Positions 1 to 13,300 of a stretch of 64,000 nucleotides of DNA are shown here, piece after piece. The notes beneath the pieces were generated by a model. It ran no database searches and was not told the origin of the DNA. It saw only the letters and a program-made list of their open reading frames with translations. The position numbers and the translations under genes were made by a program. This DNA comes from Raja brachyura. Taxonomy: Eukaryota. Positions within the stretch are counted from its first letter, which is position 1. The number at the start of each line of letters is the position of its first letter. The stretch lies in NCBI GenBank assembly GCA_963514005.1, contig OY740811.1, forward strand, positions 6,510,001 to 6,574,000. Reading direction: 5' to 3'.

Positions 1-202
1 ATCACGCACTGCATTTTGCCCTTCGGTCAACGTGTTTGGGTCTAAATTCTGAAACACTATCCAACAGCACTATGGAAGGGGTAGGAGATTGCAACCTTCA
101 CAAATGCAATCAACCTGGTGTGCACAAACAGAAGATCAAACAGAACAAGTTGTCTTACAACTTTAGGCTGTGCACGCCATACGCAAGAAGAAGAAGAAGA
201 AG
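1..202 (+). mobile_element. 3' end of a non-LTR element with (GAA)n tail; related copy at about 40725-40872
   Basis: ACTTTAGGCTGTGCACGCCATACGCA-(AGA)n is shared with 40835-40872. Confidence 0.65.
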
Positions 203-599
203 CACTGTGGAAGTACCTGTATCTGAAGCACGTCAGGCAGGCAGCAGCCCATTATCTTTGCAGGGTAATTAGGAATGGGAAATAAATGCCAGCCTTGCTG
301 ACAACACCCCGATCCCAATAAAGCGTAACACGGCAAACACAGACCTGCTCCAGTCACAAAAAACAAACTCAACAGAGAAATCCTTTCCATCATCAGATTT
401 CCAATTTGCTTGCACAAGGGGCTTAGGAGTTACCTAGAATCCCCCTCAATAGGTCTGACTGCTAGAGCAGTAGCACAAATGTATACATTGTTGTAACTGT
501 AAGCCCAAAAGACTAAATATCTTTATTGCAGGAAATAAAATACAACATTTCTAATTATGTACTTTGTTCATATTAATCCTAGGTTTGATGTCTTCCATT

Positions 600-1130
600 T
601 CTCACCAGTAAAATAGCCCATGTCAAAATCACATCCTCTTCTTGGGCAGTGCCTCGGGATGGAAGATAACTGCTTCCACTCCAGTTGTGGGGGTTCTGAG
701 CAGGCTAATGCAGCCAATATGTGAAATGCAGATTGTTTTGCAGACAGGGCAGCTTGCCGGATGGGCAGCTTGTGAGATGATGCACTCCTTCCACCGCTTA
801 CAAGCGTTTCTGTGTGCATGAAGATTCTCAATGCCATACCAAATCCTTGTTCACTTTTAGTGGGCATGGGCAAGAGATTCCTGCGATGAAGTGGAGATGT
901 CGCATTCTTCAAGATTGATTTAAGTACATCCTGAATCTTTTTTTCTCTACACCTAGTACTATCCTTCTGAACCTTCTGAATTTTTGTAGTCGGCAGGGCA
1001 ATACTCTGCATATCGCCAACTTGGACATTTTTACATTTTTATCAAGCCAATTAACCTGAAAGCTTTGGAGTGTATCTTCCCATGACAGTGTTATCAATAG
1101 TGTGTCAGCTTCAGGAGTCTGATTTCAGGC
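600..1130 (-). mobile_element. RTE-clade LINE ORF2 3' fragment, degenerate
   Basis: Minus-strand translation gives KKRF/QDVLKSILK...W-type C-terminal motifs typical of RTE ORF2. Confidence 0.55.
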
Positions 1131-1205
1131 CTTCAAGTGAAGCCACCTGCCCAACAGAGCCAAATAGGTGCAACTAGGGCCTCGCTGTTGGGTATGCTAG
1201 CCTAA

Positions 1206-1778
1206 AGGCCCTATCCCACCAGCATGCAACTCTATGCGATTAGCGCGACCTAACGTGGTCGCTTGAGCTGTCCGGCGTCGCGGGGCCAGTCCCACTTCGA
1301 TTGCCGAAGCCGTGCGGAATTGTGCGGAGTTCGTCCCGACATTGCGCGGGGCTCCGAAAAACTGACTGTTCAAAAATTCCGCGCGGCAACGGCTTGTCGG
1401 CTCGCAGTCGCCTCGACGCATTACACACCGCCTCGACATCGTGCCTCCGCGAACCTATCTGTAGGTGCCTCCATGACCCTCTATGTGTGTGGCTCCGTGG
1501 CCCTCTGTGTGTGTGCCTCTGTGTCCCTCTCTGTGTGCCCTTCTCTGTCCTGGCGAACTTACCTTAGACTTCACTCCAAATTCGATCACTTTGCGCCGCG
1601 TTGCGCCACTCACCCGACCTCCGCGCGGCCCCCGCTGCCAGTTTGGTCACGCTTGCCGCATGCAGGCGCATGCTGGTGGGAACGGCCCTGTACAGGGATC
1701 ACCCGACCTCCGCGCGGCCCCCGCTTCTAGTTTGATCGCGTTCATCGCATGGAGTCGGATGCTGGTAGGACAGGCCCT
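1206..1778. mobile_element. PIF/Harbinger-type MITE
   Basis: Imperfect TIRs of about 35 bp (AGGCCCTATCCCACCAGCAT... / ...ATGCTGGTAGGACAGGCCCT), TAA TSD at 1203-1205 and 1779-1781, internal direct repeat CACCCGACCTCCGCGCGGCCCCCGCT. Confidence 0.8.
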
Positions 1779-2469
1779 TAAGAGAGGACACTAACATTGT
1801 TTCACTTATCCTCCTCATGAATTTGCAGGATATTGTGGGGACATCATTGATGGTATCTCTAAGTGACTCCTATATGACCATTGACACACTAACCGTCCTT
1901 CAGCTTTTTGAAGGAGACTGATAGTATCTGGCTACACCCAAAGCCGTGAACCAAAATAAAACTGAGCAAACAAATTTCACGCAGCTGCGGATGAGATATG
2001 ACAGAGAAAAAGAGGCTCAACCAAACAAGCTGAGCTGAACTGACCTTTGGTCTGACGCTGATCAGATTTGTATGTTATCTAGCTAATTACCACCCTAATC
2101 TGGTTTGCAAATATAATGCAATAATTCTACTTTGGCGCAGTTTGTACCAGATTAGGCCAATTAGGTTCTATCAACAAAGGTTGATGGTTTAAGTTTATGG
2201 TGTAGTGTTCCTTCATTCTTGTGATCTCAATAGTTTGATTATCTTTACTGTTTCGTCACAAACATTTTATTACCAATTTCTTGGTGTTCATTTTATGTCT
2301 ACCTGAATTAACATCAACTCATTGATCGCAGCACTATTTGTGTAAAATTGAATGGTTAATAAATTTACCAAAATAATTATGGGCACTAAACCAAAGGCCT
2401 AATTGATTCTTAGAAGTTGTCAAGTTTTAATATTACGATTGCAAGCAAATGGAAGGCTAAATGTTTTTA

Positions 2470-2965
2470 TCCCTGGTCAATTTGTCCCTTCCCACCCAAA
2501 CCACCCCCTCCCCTGGCACTTTCCCTTGCAACCGCAGGAAATCGCTTTACCTCTCCCCTCGACTCCATCCAAGGACCCAAGCAGGCTTTCCAGGTGAAGC
2601 AGAGATTCGCCTGCACCTCCTCCAACCTCATCTACTGCATCCTCTGTTCCAGATGTCAACTTCTCTACATCGGTGAGACCAAGCAGGCTTGGCGATCGCT
2701 TTCCCAACCCCTCCGCACAGTTTACAATAACCACCCGATCTCCCGGTGGCTCAGCACTTCAACTGCCCCTCCCATTCCGAATCTGACCTTTCTGTCCTGG
2801 GCCTCCGCCATTGCCAGAGGGAGGCCCAGCACAAACTGGAGGAACAGCACCTCATATTTTGCTTGGGTAGTTTACACCCCAGCGGTATGAACATTGACTT
2901 CTCCAATTTCATGTAGTCCTTGCTTTCTCCCTCCTTCCCCTCCCCTTCCGAGCTCTCCCACAGCC
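2470..2965 (+). mobile_element. Penelope-like element fragment (GIY-YIG endonuclease region)
   Basis: QVKQRFACTSSNLIYCILCSRCQLLYIGETK followed by ...GMNIDFS. Confidence 0.88.
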
Positions 2966-3180
2966 CACTACCTGATACTTTTGCGATGCCAATATTACTT
3001 GGCAGTCACCAGTGTATGCATGCATGCATGGACTACATCACTTGCTGAAGAATTTCAAATGCAATTGAAACATTAACAACAAGCAAATGTCCCCACTTCT
3101 GACTTTATGCTGGAATGTCCTGGGCTGAGATCAACAGCTTTCAACAAGCATAACTATCTTCTTTTGTACTAGATGTGACT

Positions 3181-4015
3181 TAGGGGGCGCCGTCGAGTAT
3201 GGCTGCCCTGGCAGCAGCTTTTCATTCTATTTTGTTAATTTTTAGTTAGTTAAAGTGTTTGTTTTTGAAGGTAATTTACTCTTTTTATGAAGGGGGGGGG
3301 GAGGGGGATACTATTTTATCAGTACCTACCTGGTCGGAGATGCGACTTTTCTCCGGGCCGTATGTTCGCCCCTTCCTCAAGGCCTACCAGCAGTCTGGAG
3401 CGGCGTTTCCTGCCGGGACCGGCTGGGACTTCAGCTTCAGTGGCGGTACACAGTGCTGGGGCGCCATCGTGGAGCGGTTGATGCCTTGCCCGGGTCGCCA
3501 TGCGGTGGAGCTCCGGAGGGCTGGGACTGTTGACTGCAACATCGCGGAGCTGCGGTCTGCGGAGCTTCCAGCCGCGGGCGGGCGGCGCTGAGCTTTAAAA
3601 ACCACGGAGCCTGGGATCTCACGCCGAGATCGCCAGAGTTGGAGCTCCGACCGGCGCGGCCCATGGACTATGGGAACTGCGAACTCCGGCGAGGAAGCGG
3701 CCGCTCCAGACACTCTGAGCCGCTGAAAGTGTTCACCCGTCGCCAGAACTTCATCATCCGGCGAGTGGGCCTGAAGCATCGGGCTGCCATAGCGGCAGCT
3801 GCAGAGGCCTCAATAGGCCCAACTACGGGTGAACTGGGGACGGGACTGGCCTTTGCTGCCTTCCCCCACAGTGGGAACCATGGTGGGGGGATGTTTTTAT
3901 GTTTATTGTTAAATACTCTAGTGTTGTGTATTATCTTTATTCATGTGCTGCATTGGCAAGTCAAATTTCACTGCACCAATTGGTGTATGTGATAATAAAT
4001 GTCCTTTGTCCTTTG
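3181..4015 (+). mobile_element. GC-rich non-autonomous retroelement, copy 1
   Basis: Highly similar end to end to 56023-56871. Starts TAGGGGGCGCCGTCGAGTATGGCT and ends AATAAA-(TGTCCTT)n. Possible TGACT TSD. Confidence 0.85.
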
Positions 4016-4419
4016 ACTCCTGTGATTGGAAACTTTTCCTTTTGATATCCATTGACTTCAGTTATACCAGGACTTCTCAATGCAACATTTGGTCAAATGG
4101 TGTGATGTCGTCTGGCCTCTGGATTTCAGTTCTTTGATCCAGGTTTGGACCTTGGCTGTGGTCAGGAATTGAATAGTCAAGGGAAATGTAAACAAGTCAC
4201 CTGCAGATTCTTGGAGAATAAATAACACTTGAAGGTATAATCAATGATGCCTTACATCACTTTGCTGATGATAGAGGGTGGACTGATCGGTTGAGTGATA
4301 ATTAATGATAAATTGTTAGGTATTTTCGAGGAGTAAATACCTGGGCAATCGTGGACTAGATGCCAGTGTTGTCATTGGAGGTTGAGTCCTAGGCCCCCCT
4401 CGGTCATGACTGACCATGG

Positions 4420-4770
4420 GAGGTTGAGGGGTACCTTGATAAATCAAATTATGAGAGACATAAATAGGGTAGACAGTCAAAGCCTTTTGCCCAGGGTAGA
4501 ATGTCCCACACATAGAGGGAATCGCTGTCAGGTGAGAGGAGGAACGTTTAATGGAGATGTGTGGGGAACTTTTTTTACACAGGGACTGTGTTGGGCTGGA
4601 AAGCATAGCCAGGGGTGCTGGTGGGAGCAGATACGAAAGTAGAGTTTAAGAGACTTTTAGATAGTCCCATGGAAGTACAAGGAATGGCTGGATATGGATC
4701 ACGTACAGACAGACGAGGCCAATTTACCTTGGCTGTACTGTTCTATGCTGTAACTGTACTCTATCATCTT
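4420..4770 (+). mobile_element. CR1 LINE 3' fragment, old
   Basis: RLRG..I..I.R.I.RVD...TFFTQ pattern. Confidence 0.75.
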
Positions 4771-4776
4771 GATAGA

Positions 4777-5070
4777 GGCACCGTCAGTTCAGCAGTGTAG
4801 GTCTTCAGCTCATTACAGTGACCTCTGTTGATGTCTGTGCAGAGTTTGCACATTCTACCTGCAACCATGTGTGTTTCCACCTGGAGCTCCAGGTTCCTCC
4901 CATACCCCAAAGAAGTATGGATTGGTAGGTTAATTGGTCCTGAGTGTGTTTGGCGAGTGGTAGAATCTGGGCAAGTTGATAAAAATATGGGAAGAATAAA
5001 ATGGAATTAGTACAGGATTAGTGTCATTGTGGCATTGACCAGGTTGCCCAAAAGGCTACTACCATGCTAT
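4777..5070 (+). mobile_element. HE1-like tRNA-derived SINE, degenerate
   Basis: GAGTTTGCACATTCT...GGTTCCTCCCA...GGTTAATTGG body with a CR1-like tail. Confidence 0.65.
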
Positions 5071-5904
5071 ATGTCACTACAGACAAATGTTGTCTGGTCC
5101 CATAGTCTTCATCATTTCTACTGCTCTCGGACACCTCTGGTTTTCAGGTGGAATAAATTGAATTGAATGAAAAAAAATAGCTTCTGTGATAGTGGGGATC
5201 TCAGGAGAAGACTGACGTAGATTACCCAGTCCGCAATTCGAGCTGCGGATGGTTCTGGCTCATCTTCCGCAATGGTATGTTGGGTGTCACCAATGGCCTT
5301 GGAGTCATCGTCATCATTCATGATGGGTTGCATCATGGACTCCGGAGCTCTGACTTGAGCTACTTGTGAAATTGTTTACATTTGTTGGGAAATCACCAAC
5401 ATTTTCTTTTGTGATTTTTACCTCCATATGGCTCTTTCATGAAAGCTGGAGCAGTCATGCTGCAGTTCCATGCTGGGGTATAGCAGCTGGTTGGTATTTG
5501 CGGTCACAAAGTCCATTGAACCTACCAATGCCCAAAGACATGGATGGTGTAGTTGGCATCACTTCATTGTGATCAGCCCTGAGACCTCTGCCTTGTCACT
5601 GCAGAAACTGCTAGTCAATAGGTTAGGCCTTCCAGCCCAGTGCATACTCATCTCACCGCCATTTGAAAGCCATATGCACTTCTGGATAAGGTAAAGAATA
5701 AGCACTTAGGACACAGGAAAGATGAAAGGTATTTTTTATATAATCACTTTCACGGTCTCTCTTAAATTATAGTCAGTGAATTACTTTGAAGTTTAGTCTC
5801 TGTAACAGCAGCCTATAATGCAACAACCAATAAATGACCATAACATTTGCATTGCTTCAGGGATAGATATTGGCAGCAAATGTGTTTGCCAAAATCCAGT
5901 CTTG

Positions 5905-6650
5905 CAATCTCTAGAGGAAGTACAACGTGATCTGGGGGTCCTTGATCATCAGTCACTGAAAGTTGCATGCAGGTACAGCAGGCAGTGAAAAAAGCTAATG
6001 GCATGTTGGCCTGCATAACAAGAGGTGTGAGTATAGGAGCAAAGATGACCTTCTGCAGTTGTACAGACCATACCTAGAGTACTATGTGCAGTTTTGGTCA
6101 CCAAATTTGAGGAAGGACATTCTTGCTTTTGGGGGAGTGCAGCATAAGTTCACAAGGTTAATTCCCGGGATGGTGGAACTGTCATATGTTGATAGAATGT
6201 ATACTCTGGATACTCTGGAATGTTTGTGTACTCTGCTTCTATAATTTAGAACGATGAGAGAAGATTTTATGAAACATATAAGATTATTAAGGGATTGGAC
6301 ACGTTAGAGGCAGGAAACATGTTCCCCATGTCAGGGGAGTCCAGAACCAGGGGCCACAGTTTTAGAATAAGGAATAGGCCATTTAGAACGTAGATGAGAA
6401 TGTAAAACATTTTCACCCAGGGAGTTGTGAATCTGTGGAATTCTCTGCCTCAGAAGGCAGTGGAGGCCAATTCTCTGGATGCTTTCAAGAGAGAGTTAGA
6501 TAGAGCTCTTAGAGATAGCGGAGTCAGGGAATACGGCAAGAAGGCAGGAACGGGGTACTGTTTGTGGATGATCAGCCATGATCACATTGAATGGCAGTGC
6601 AGGCTCGAAGGGCCGAATGGCCTACTCCCGCACCTATTGTCTATTGTCTT
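5905..6650 (+). mobile_element. CR1 LINE 3' fragment
   Basis: RPYLEYYVQFWSP, NLWNSLPQKAVEA and a (CTATTGT)n tail. Confidence 0.9.
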
Positions 6651-7649
6651 TTGACCACCTGTGGGTGCAGAGCTGGGGTCAGTGTAACAACAGGTAAAAG
6701 AGAACACCTTAGACAGTGCACCAGTGATTTGCCAGTGCAGTTTGTGCATAAGTCTCTTGATCAGAAATTGAATCTCGTGGGGAAGCAGGGAACACGGAAT
6801 CAGATGGAAAATTATAGTTGAAGTCAATATCAGTTCAGCATAATCTTATTGACAAGAAACGCAAGTTCAAGATACCATAGGGCCTACCACTGTGTAACTT
6901 TGTATGTTCTTATTAATCTATAACATTCCGATTCAAAATGTGAAACAGTTACTGCCATTGCCACAGCTGATACTATTTAGAACAGAAAAAAAATATCTGA
7001 AAACTTAATCCTTGACCTTTTTATGTTCTCAAAACGCATCCAAGGCCCTTATTAATGCTATACACTACATCTACCCACTTCATCAAGGAGCATGAGTGAA
7101 TGATTACCTCCAGCTTATTGTGCACCATACTGAGGGCTTTCTTATAAGACTGCAGCTCCTACAATAGGATCACATTTTATTTGCATTCTGTACTTGGTCA
7201 GATGACAACGTATTGTGTGGTATTAATTTTCAGCAGCACAAACCAAAATCTGATTTCTGATGTGTTGAAATATTAAGAACTATAGAAATCGGCCTTGATT
7301 CATAATCCTCACATCAGCACCTCAGTTTAGCATCACGTTAATCAAATCCAAAACTAACATGCCGTCAATGGTCTGTTTAGGGAGGCCTGAAGTTTCAGAG
7401 TTGGGCTCTGAGGAGTATCAAGTTATTGGATATCAAACTTTGACTACAATACACAAAAATGTGCTTTGCTCTTTCAAGGGAAATGTACCTGAAATTGAAA
7501 TGCCTCCCTCCAGGACTTGAACATACACTTTACACCTGCACAACATAAGCAGTTCTGTATTATTGTATTGGACAGTGCACAAGTCCAAGGCTTTACAGTG
7601 ATTAAAGAGAAGGGAACAAGACAGTTGGAAGAGCACAGATCTTTCTCAG

Positions 7650-7885
7650 CATCCAGGGCTCGATCCTGACTACAGGTGCTGTCTGTACGGAGTTTGTACC
7701 TTCTGCCTTGGATTTTCTTCGGTTTCCTCTCACTTTCCAGAGATGTACAGGTTTGTAGGTTAATTGGATTTGGTAAGAATTGTAAAGAAAAATTTCCCAA
7801 ATGTGTGGGATGTATTAGTATAGATTACCGGTTAACACAGCCTTGGTGGGCCAAATGGCCTGTTTCCATGCTGTATCTCTAAATC
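7650..7885 (+). mobile_element. HE1-like SINE, 5'-truncated
   Basis: CGATCCTGACTACAGGTGCTGTCTGTACGGAGTTTG...GGGCCAAATGGCCTGTTTCC. Confidence 0.8.
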
Positions 7886-8156
7886 GAACAAAATAGTATA
7901 CAATTGAATGATTCAATTCAGTCTTTCGATTCTGCACTGGTTCTGTCGAACAGCAAGAAGTATTGTGCGAAAAATTGCATGTTTATCTATGTCACATAAG
8001 TCAGTGAACTTCAAAACAATTCATTCATCCAGTGGATCCAAATCCAGCTGCACGAGAAGGGAAGAAAACACAATGTGCTATCATTCGCCAAGGTCCCCAG
8101 CAATGTGGTTCTAATTATTCCATCATTCCCATTGGGCAGTCAAGGACACCAGACTG

Positions 8157-8340
8157 GGGCGGCACGGTGGAACAGCGGTAGAACTCCTGCCTTCCAGTGC
8201 CAGGGACCCAGTTTGATCCTGACAACAGGTGCTGTCTGTAAGATGTTTACACCTTCTCCCTGTGACTGCATGGGTTTGCTCTAGGTGCACCACTTTCTCC
8301 CCACATCCCAAAGACATGTTTGTAAGGTTAATTGGTTTCT
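8157..8340 (+). mobile_element. HE1-like SINE (5' part)
   Basis: GGCGGCACGGTGG..CAGCGGTAGA tRNA-like head with A and B boxes. Confidence 0.8.
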
Positions 8341-9460
8341 GGGGTTCAGTCACAGTCAACTTGGAGAGTTTGGAGTGCAGTAGCTCTGGCATAATGGTGT
8401 TGAGTGCAGAGCTAAAATCAAGAAACAAAATCCTTGCATAGGTCCCCTGGTGGTCTAGGTGCTGGAGAATTAAGTGCAGGCCTAAGTTGACTGCATCATC
8501 CACCAATCTACTGGTCCAGGATGCAAACTGCAGGAGGTCCAGCAGGGGGTTTGTGATATTTTTCAGCTTGGCCAGCACAAGTCTTTCAAAGGTCTTCATG
8601 ACTACAGAGGTCATTATGACAGGCCTGTAGTTATTTAGACCAGTAATCCTTGTCTTTTGGGGTACTGGGACAATAGTGGAGACTTTGAAGCAAGCAGGGA
8701 CAGTACATGTTTGCAGGGACTGGTTAAAAATATCTGTGCAGACATTTGTTCTGTGTAGCCAGTTGTTCGGCACAGAGCTTGAGGATAGAGGGGGAAACAT
8801 TGTCCGGTCCTGGAGATTTCCGTCTTTTCTGTCTTCTGAACAGCCTCTCCACCTCCACAATTTCTATTGTTAGTGATGGAGAAGTGGCCAGACTGTAGTT
8901 GGGCAGCAAGGAGAGGGTGGGTAGTGGATGAGGTCCCAGTCTTTGCAGACTGGAGTCAGGTTGTAAGTGCGTGTTAAGTGGTGATTGGAGAGGTGGGTGG
9001 GAAAGGGCCCAGTTTTTGCAGACTGGAGTCAGGCTGTAAGCAGGTGTGAAGTGGTAGATGGGGAGGAGTGAGTGGGCGGGGAAGTGTTCAGACGTTGGAA
9101 ACTGGAGTCAGGCTGTAAGTAAGTGTGAAGTGTTGGTTGGGGAGGAGGTACCAAGGTTAATTTTCTGTTCATCGAACCTGCAGTAGAACTCGTTCAGGTT
9201 GTTGATCAGCTGACAATTGTCGAAGGAGCCCCCGGGGGGGATTTCCTCTTGTAGCTGGTGATTTCTTGCAAGCCCTTCCAAACTGAAGAAGAGTCACCAG
9301 CTGAGAACTTGTTCCTCAACTTCTAGGAGTATCTTTCCTTGGCAGCTCTGATTCCTCTTCTCAGCTTGTACTTGGCCTGCCTGTAGAGGTCTGCATCCCC
9401 GCTCCTGTAAGCCTCATCTTTAGACTGGCGGAGCTGTCTGAGTTCTGCTGTAAACCAGGC
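8341..9460 (-). mobile_element. Rex1-clade LINE internal ORF2 fragment with a three-unit tandem repeat (about 8930-9150)
   Basis: [20 protein letters not shown] in ORFs 8123-8860 and 8724-8909. Repeated CTGGAGTCAGG(C/T)TGTAAG units. Confidence 0.85.
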
Positions 9461-9742
9461 CATTCGGCCCATCGTCTACTCCGCCATTCAATCATAGCTG
9501 ATCTATCTCTCCTAACCCCTGCCTACAACCCCTGACACCAGTACTAATCAAGAATCCATCTATGCCTTAAAAATATCCATTGACGGCCTCTGCAGCCTTC
9601 TGTGGTAACTAATTCCACAGATTCGTCACACTTTGACTCAATAAATTCCTCCTTATCTCCTTCCTAAAGGAACGTCCTTAAATTCTGAGGCTATGACCTC
9701 TGGTCCTAGACTCTCCCACTAGTGGAAACATCCTCTCCACAT
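9461..9742 (-). mobile_element. CR1 LINE 3' fragment
   Basis: Reverse complement of the CR1 3' end (SRTRGHSLRI, WNxLPQKA). Confidence 0.8.
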
Positions 9743-10234
9743 CGTGTGTAGAAAGTTGGGCATCCCTTTCATGTTGTGGGAATCCTTCAATCATGGCCAC
9801 TCAAAATGGGAGAGGAGCTTCTGGTTCACACTGAAAACCCTGGTTCCATGTTGCAGAAGAAAGCTGGAGCCCAGCATGAATGGTGAAGGAGTGCTTCACC
9901 TCACAATGTACCTGCCCCGCCATCAATCTGCAGCAACAACTGCAGCTTCCACACTGGCCTCATCGTTCACCTCCGACTCCACACAACAGCATGTTGTCCT
10001 CAGGGGACGAGTCAGGGTTCATTGTACATAGTGGAGGCAGATATGAGACTTTTAGATAAGCACATATATAGGGGTATGGACTATGTACGGCAAGATAACA
10101 GCTGATCGAAGCATCATGTTTGGCACAGACACTGTGGGCCAAATGGCCTGCTCCCCTGCTGTACTGTTCTTTGTTCTAAGATCTATTCATATTTCCTTCC
10201 CAATTTTCATTTATTTTACTTCTTGCACATTGCA

Positions 10235-10390
10235 CATTTGGGATGTGGGATGAAACCGGAGCATCTGGGGGAAATCCACGCTGTCACCGGGAGAACATGT
10301 AAACTCCACTCCGGCTGCACTCGTGGTCAGGATCAAACCCGGGTCCCTGACGCTGTGAGGCAGCAGTTCTACCTGCTGCACTGCCGTGCC
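10235..10390 (-). mobile_element. HE1-like SINE
   Basis: Reverse complement reads GGCACGGCAGTGCAGCAGGTAGAACTGCTGCCTCACAGCG...GGGTTTGATCC. Confidence 0.8.
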
Positions 10391-13300
10391 GTCCTTAAAT
10401 TTGACCTGCGATATATGCCATAGAAGGCAAAATACACACACAGGAAACTCCATTGACTATTTCAAACATCTTTGCTATATTGTAACTAATTTGCAGCCAT
10501 GTAACTTTTAACATCTTTTATAGCTGTTTCCTTACGAGGAAGCCTGAGAAAATATTATTTCAATATATATGCTCATAAAAGGATAGGAATTTCTCCCTGT
10601 ATCTGTCAGTATCTGCTCATGAACAACCACGAGAAGTTATCTGTCATTTCTAAAGCTTAGTCAGGGAAATAAAGTCCATTATTTGAAAGGGGTTTGTTTA
10701 ATGATGGATGTAAATTATAGAGAGGGGGAGAATTCTCACCTATCTCCCAAGCAGAACTAGAGCTGTATTCATAGAAGTGCATGAACATTACATGAGCTTG
10801 CACTGTTGTACTATTTCATTTAAGTTCATAAAATATTCTGCTGTGGCTGCATTTTAAGGGCACAATTTAATTTACTTTTATTCCCTTTCTGATCTTTATC
10901 CCCTTTTGAATGCCTCGCATGGCTCAGAAAGTCGCTTTCTTTATTCATCCACCCTTGTTTTCTCCACCTCCGGATTGGAAGTCCGTGACTCATCTCAGGA
11001 TACTGCACACCTTGTCTTGCAATATCTTGTGCATTCGTAAAACCAAACAAACGAGAGTCCAGTTTCGACAAAAACTTCTCTTAATTCTCCAGAGTATAAT
11101 TATGATGTGCTATCCACAGAAATGTCCATGTACGGATGGGTAGCCATTGCCATCTCTTCACCTCATCAAATAGTGTTGTAGGTGATTTGTATTTCCTTAG
11201 ATAACATGGGGATTTGACTGCAACATCTTTCCAAATGGTTGCATTTCTGACAGTTCACATTCCCTTGGTACAACAACTGAAGAGCTAAACCAAACATTGT
11301 TACTAAAGTAAGAATTTTGATGCACTCTATGTCAATATTGACAGAGGATTAAAATAACAGAATGTATGCACTGCCTTACCCTCATAATTATGTATGTTAG
11401 CTAGTTTGAAATTGGTGATATCAAAGGAATGTAATCTTAATTTAAATAATGCAATTGAACCCCAGTGACATTATTAGATTGCTTCAGCCATTTCCATCCA
11501 CATTTCAGGGCGTGCAGGTTTCTAGGTTTGTAAACTGCCCCAATGGATGAGAAAGTGGGATAACATAGAACTAGTGTGAATGGGTGATCGATGGTCGCGT
11601 AGACTCAGTGGGCCGAAGGGCCTGTTTCCAAGCTGTCTCAGATTCAAAATGAGCAGTACGGTTTTTAAAGCACTGGTTCCTCTTTTGATTGGACTCCTGT
11701 AGTTCATTTATTTGCCTGGGATTAACTCTGTGTCCTCAATGGTGACTGACCCACAGCCATGGTACAGATGTCACTCACATCAGCCTTGGCCAGGATCTAA
11801 CTTGAAACAATTAAACAAAGGATTAGAGTTAAATATTTTGAATCTCAGGGAGAGCCAGATAATATTTTGGTTTGTCTATCCACAATTTCCAATTGATCTT
11901 AAATCAAACTCTGGACTGAGTAATCCAACTTCTAACTCTGAAGCAAGTTTGTTTCAACTGAGCCAAGGTTGACACTTGGACTGTTTTTGGCATTGATACT
12001 ATTTCCAGTTGAACAAAATTCCAAAACCCGATGCTGAAAATAGCCTTTTCCAAAAAGCATGAGGTCTAGGAGTTGGAAATGGCTTGATAGGTGTCCAGAA
12101 ATGTCAATGTCATCACTTTTGGAAGAATATGCATACCTGTATGGTGACGTGTGCACTTGTATCCATAACTTTACACTCAGCATGTTTTAAGATGAGTATC
12201 AGTGGGTTGGTCGTTATCCCCCACTTACTTTACTTTGGGCATTACCTTCTTCAGAGATTAAGGCCGAGCAGCCTTGACTAAATAAAACCAGGAAGGGGGA
12301 GGTTTATATCCGGCTAACATTACATTATGGCCTGATGATATTCCACAATGATAATAGATATTAGACTAGAAAAGTAGTTTCCTTGTCCAGCACTAATTAA
12401 CCCACACGTTGATGTTCCAATTGCCCAGGTTTGTAGGATCACCTTGAGGAAACTAACACAAGAGTTACATTTCTTCATGATTTGCTACTAGCGTCAGTAC
12501 CTGCAAGTTTATCTTGTCCTGGAGGCCACATTTCACTCTAGAACTGTATGGGCTTGCCACTAACTACAGCACACCGGCAAATCTGTACTGACATTAGCTT
12601 CCTCTAACCCAATCATGACCCGTGCCCTGGTTCCTGAACACCACAGAAGACCTACTGTTACTGGCGTTAACATCATATTTAACAGAGCGTATTATATTCC
12701 TGCTGAGCATGCAAATATATTCTGCATTGTCTGGAAAGAGTGCATAATGACTGCTACACTGAGGCTCATTTTACTTGCAAATTTGTCGCAATAGATTTGT
12801 ATTAATGCTGCAAATTATGCTCGCACCATCCAGCATTATGTTCACATAGACAGAATTCTAAAGGATAATTTATTAATGGAGAGAAAGGAAAATGCTGGTC
12901 ATAACACAGGAGGTTAGTCAGCATCTGGAAACAAAAAAGCAAGATTAATTCCCTTTGTCAGAATTGAAAGCTGAGTGATAAGTAAACCCTTTATGCTGAG
13001 GGACAAAATAAAGGAAAGTAAAGAGAACCACGAATATTTAAGATGAGTATCAAATATATTGACAATAGGACAAGTAGTCTATAAGTAGGTTGCTTTTAGA
13101 AAGTTAAATACAAATTCTGGACAGTAAGTCAAAGATCATCTCTCCTGGTTGACAATGGAATTGCACAGAAGGACAATAATGTCACCAATGTGTGTCCCTC
13201 ATACAAGGAAGACTATTATAGTCAGATTGGTGCATTTCCATTCTCAGCCTTATAATGATAAACTAAAACTCTCCCAAAGCCTGCAACTTTCTCTTCACTG

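Noticed and set aside
8157-8230. tRNA genes at SINE heads (also near 10390, 14130, 33840, 53613)
   Set aside because: The tRNA-like heads run directly into SINE body sequence and do not form a full cloverleaf.
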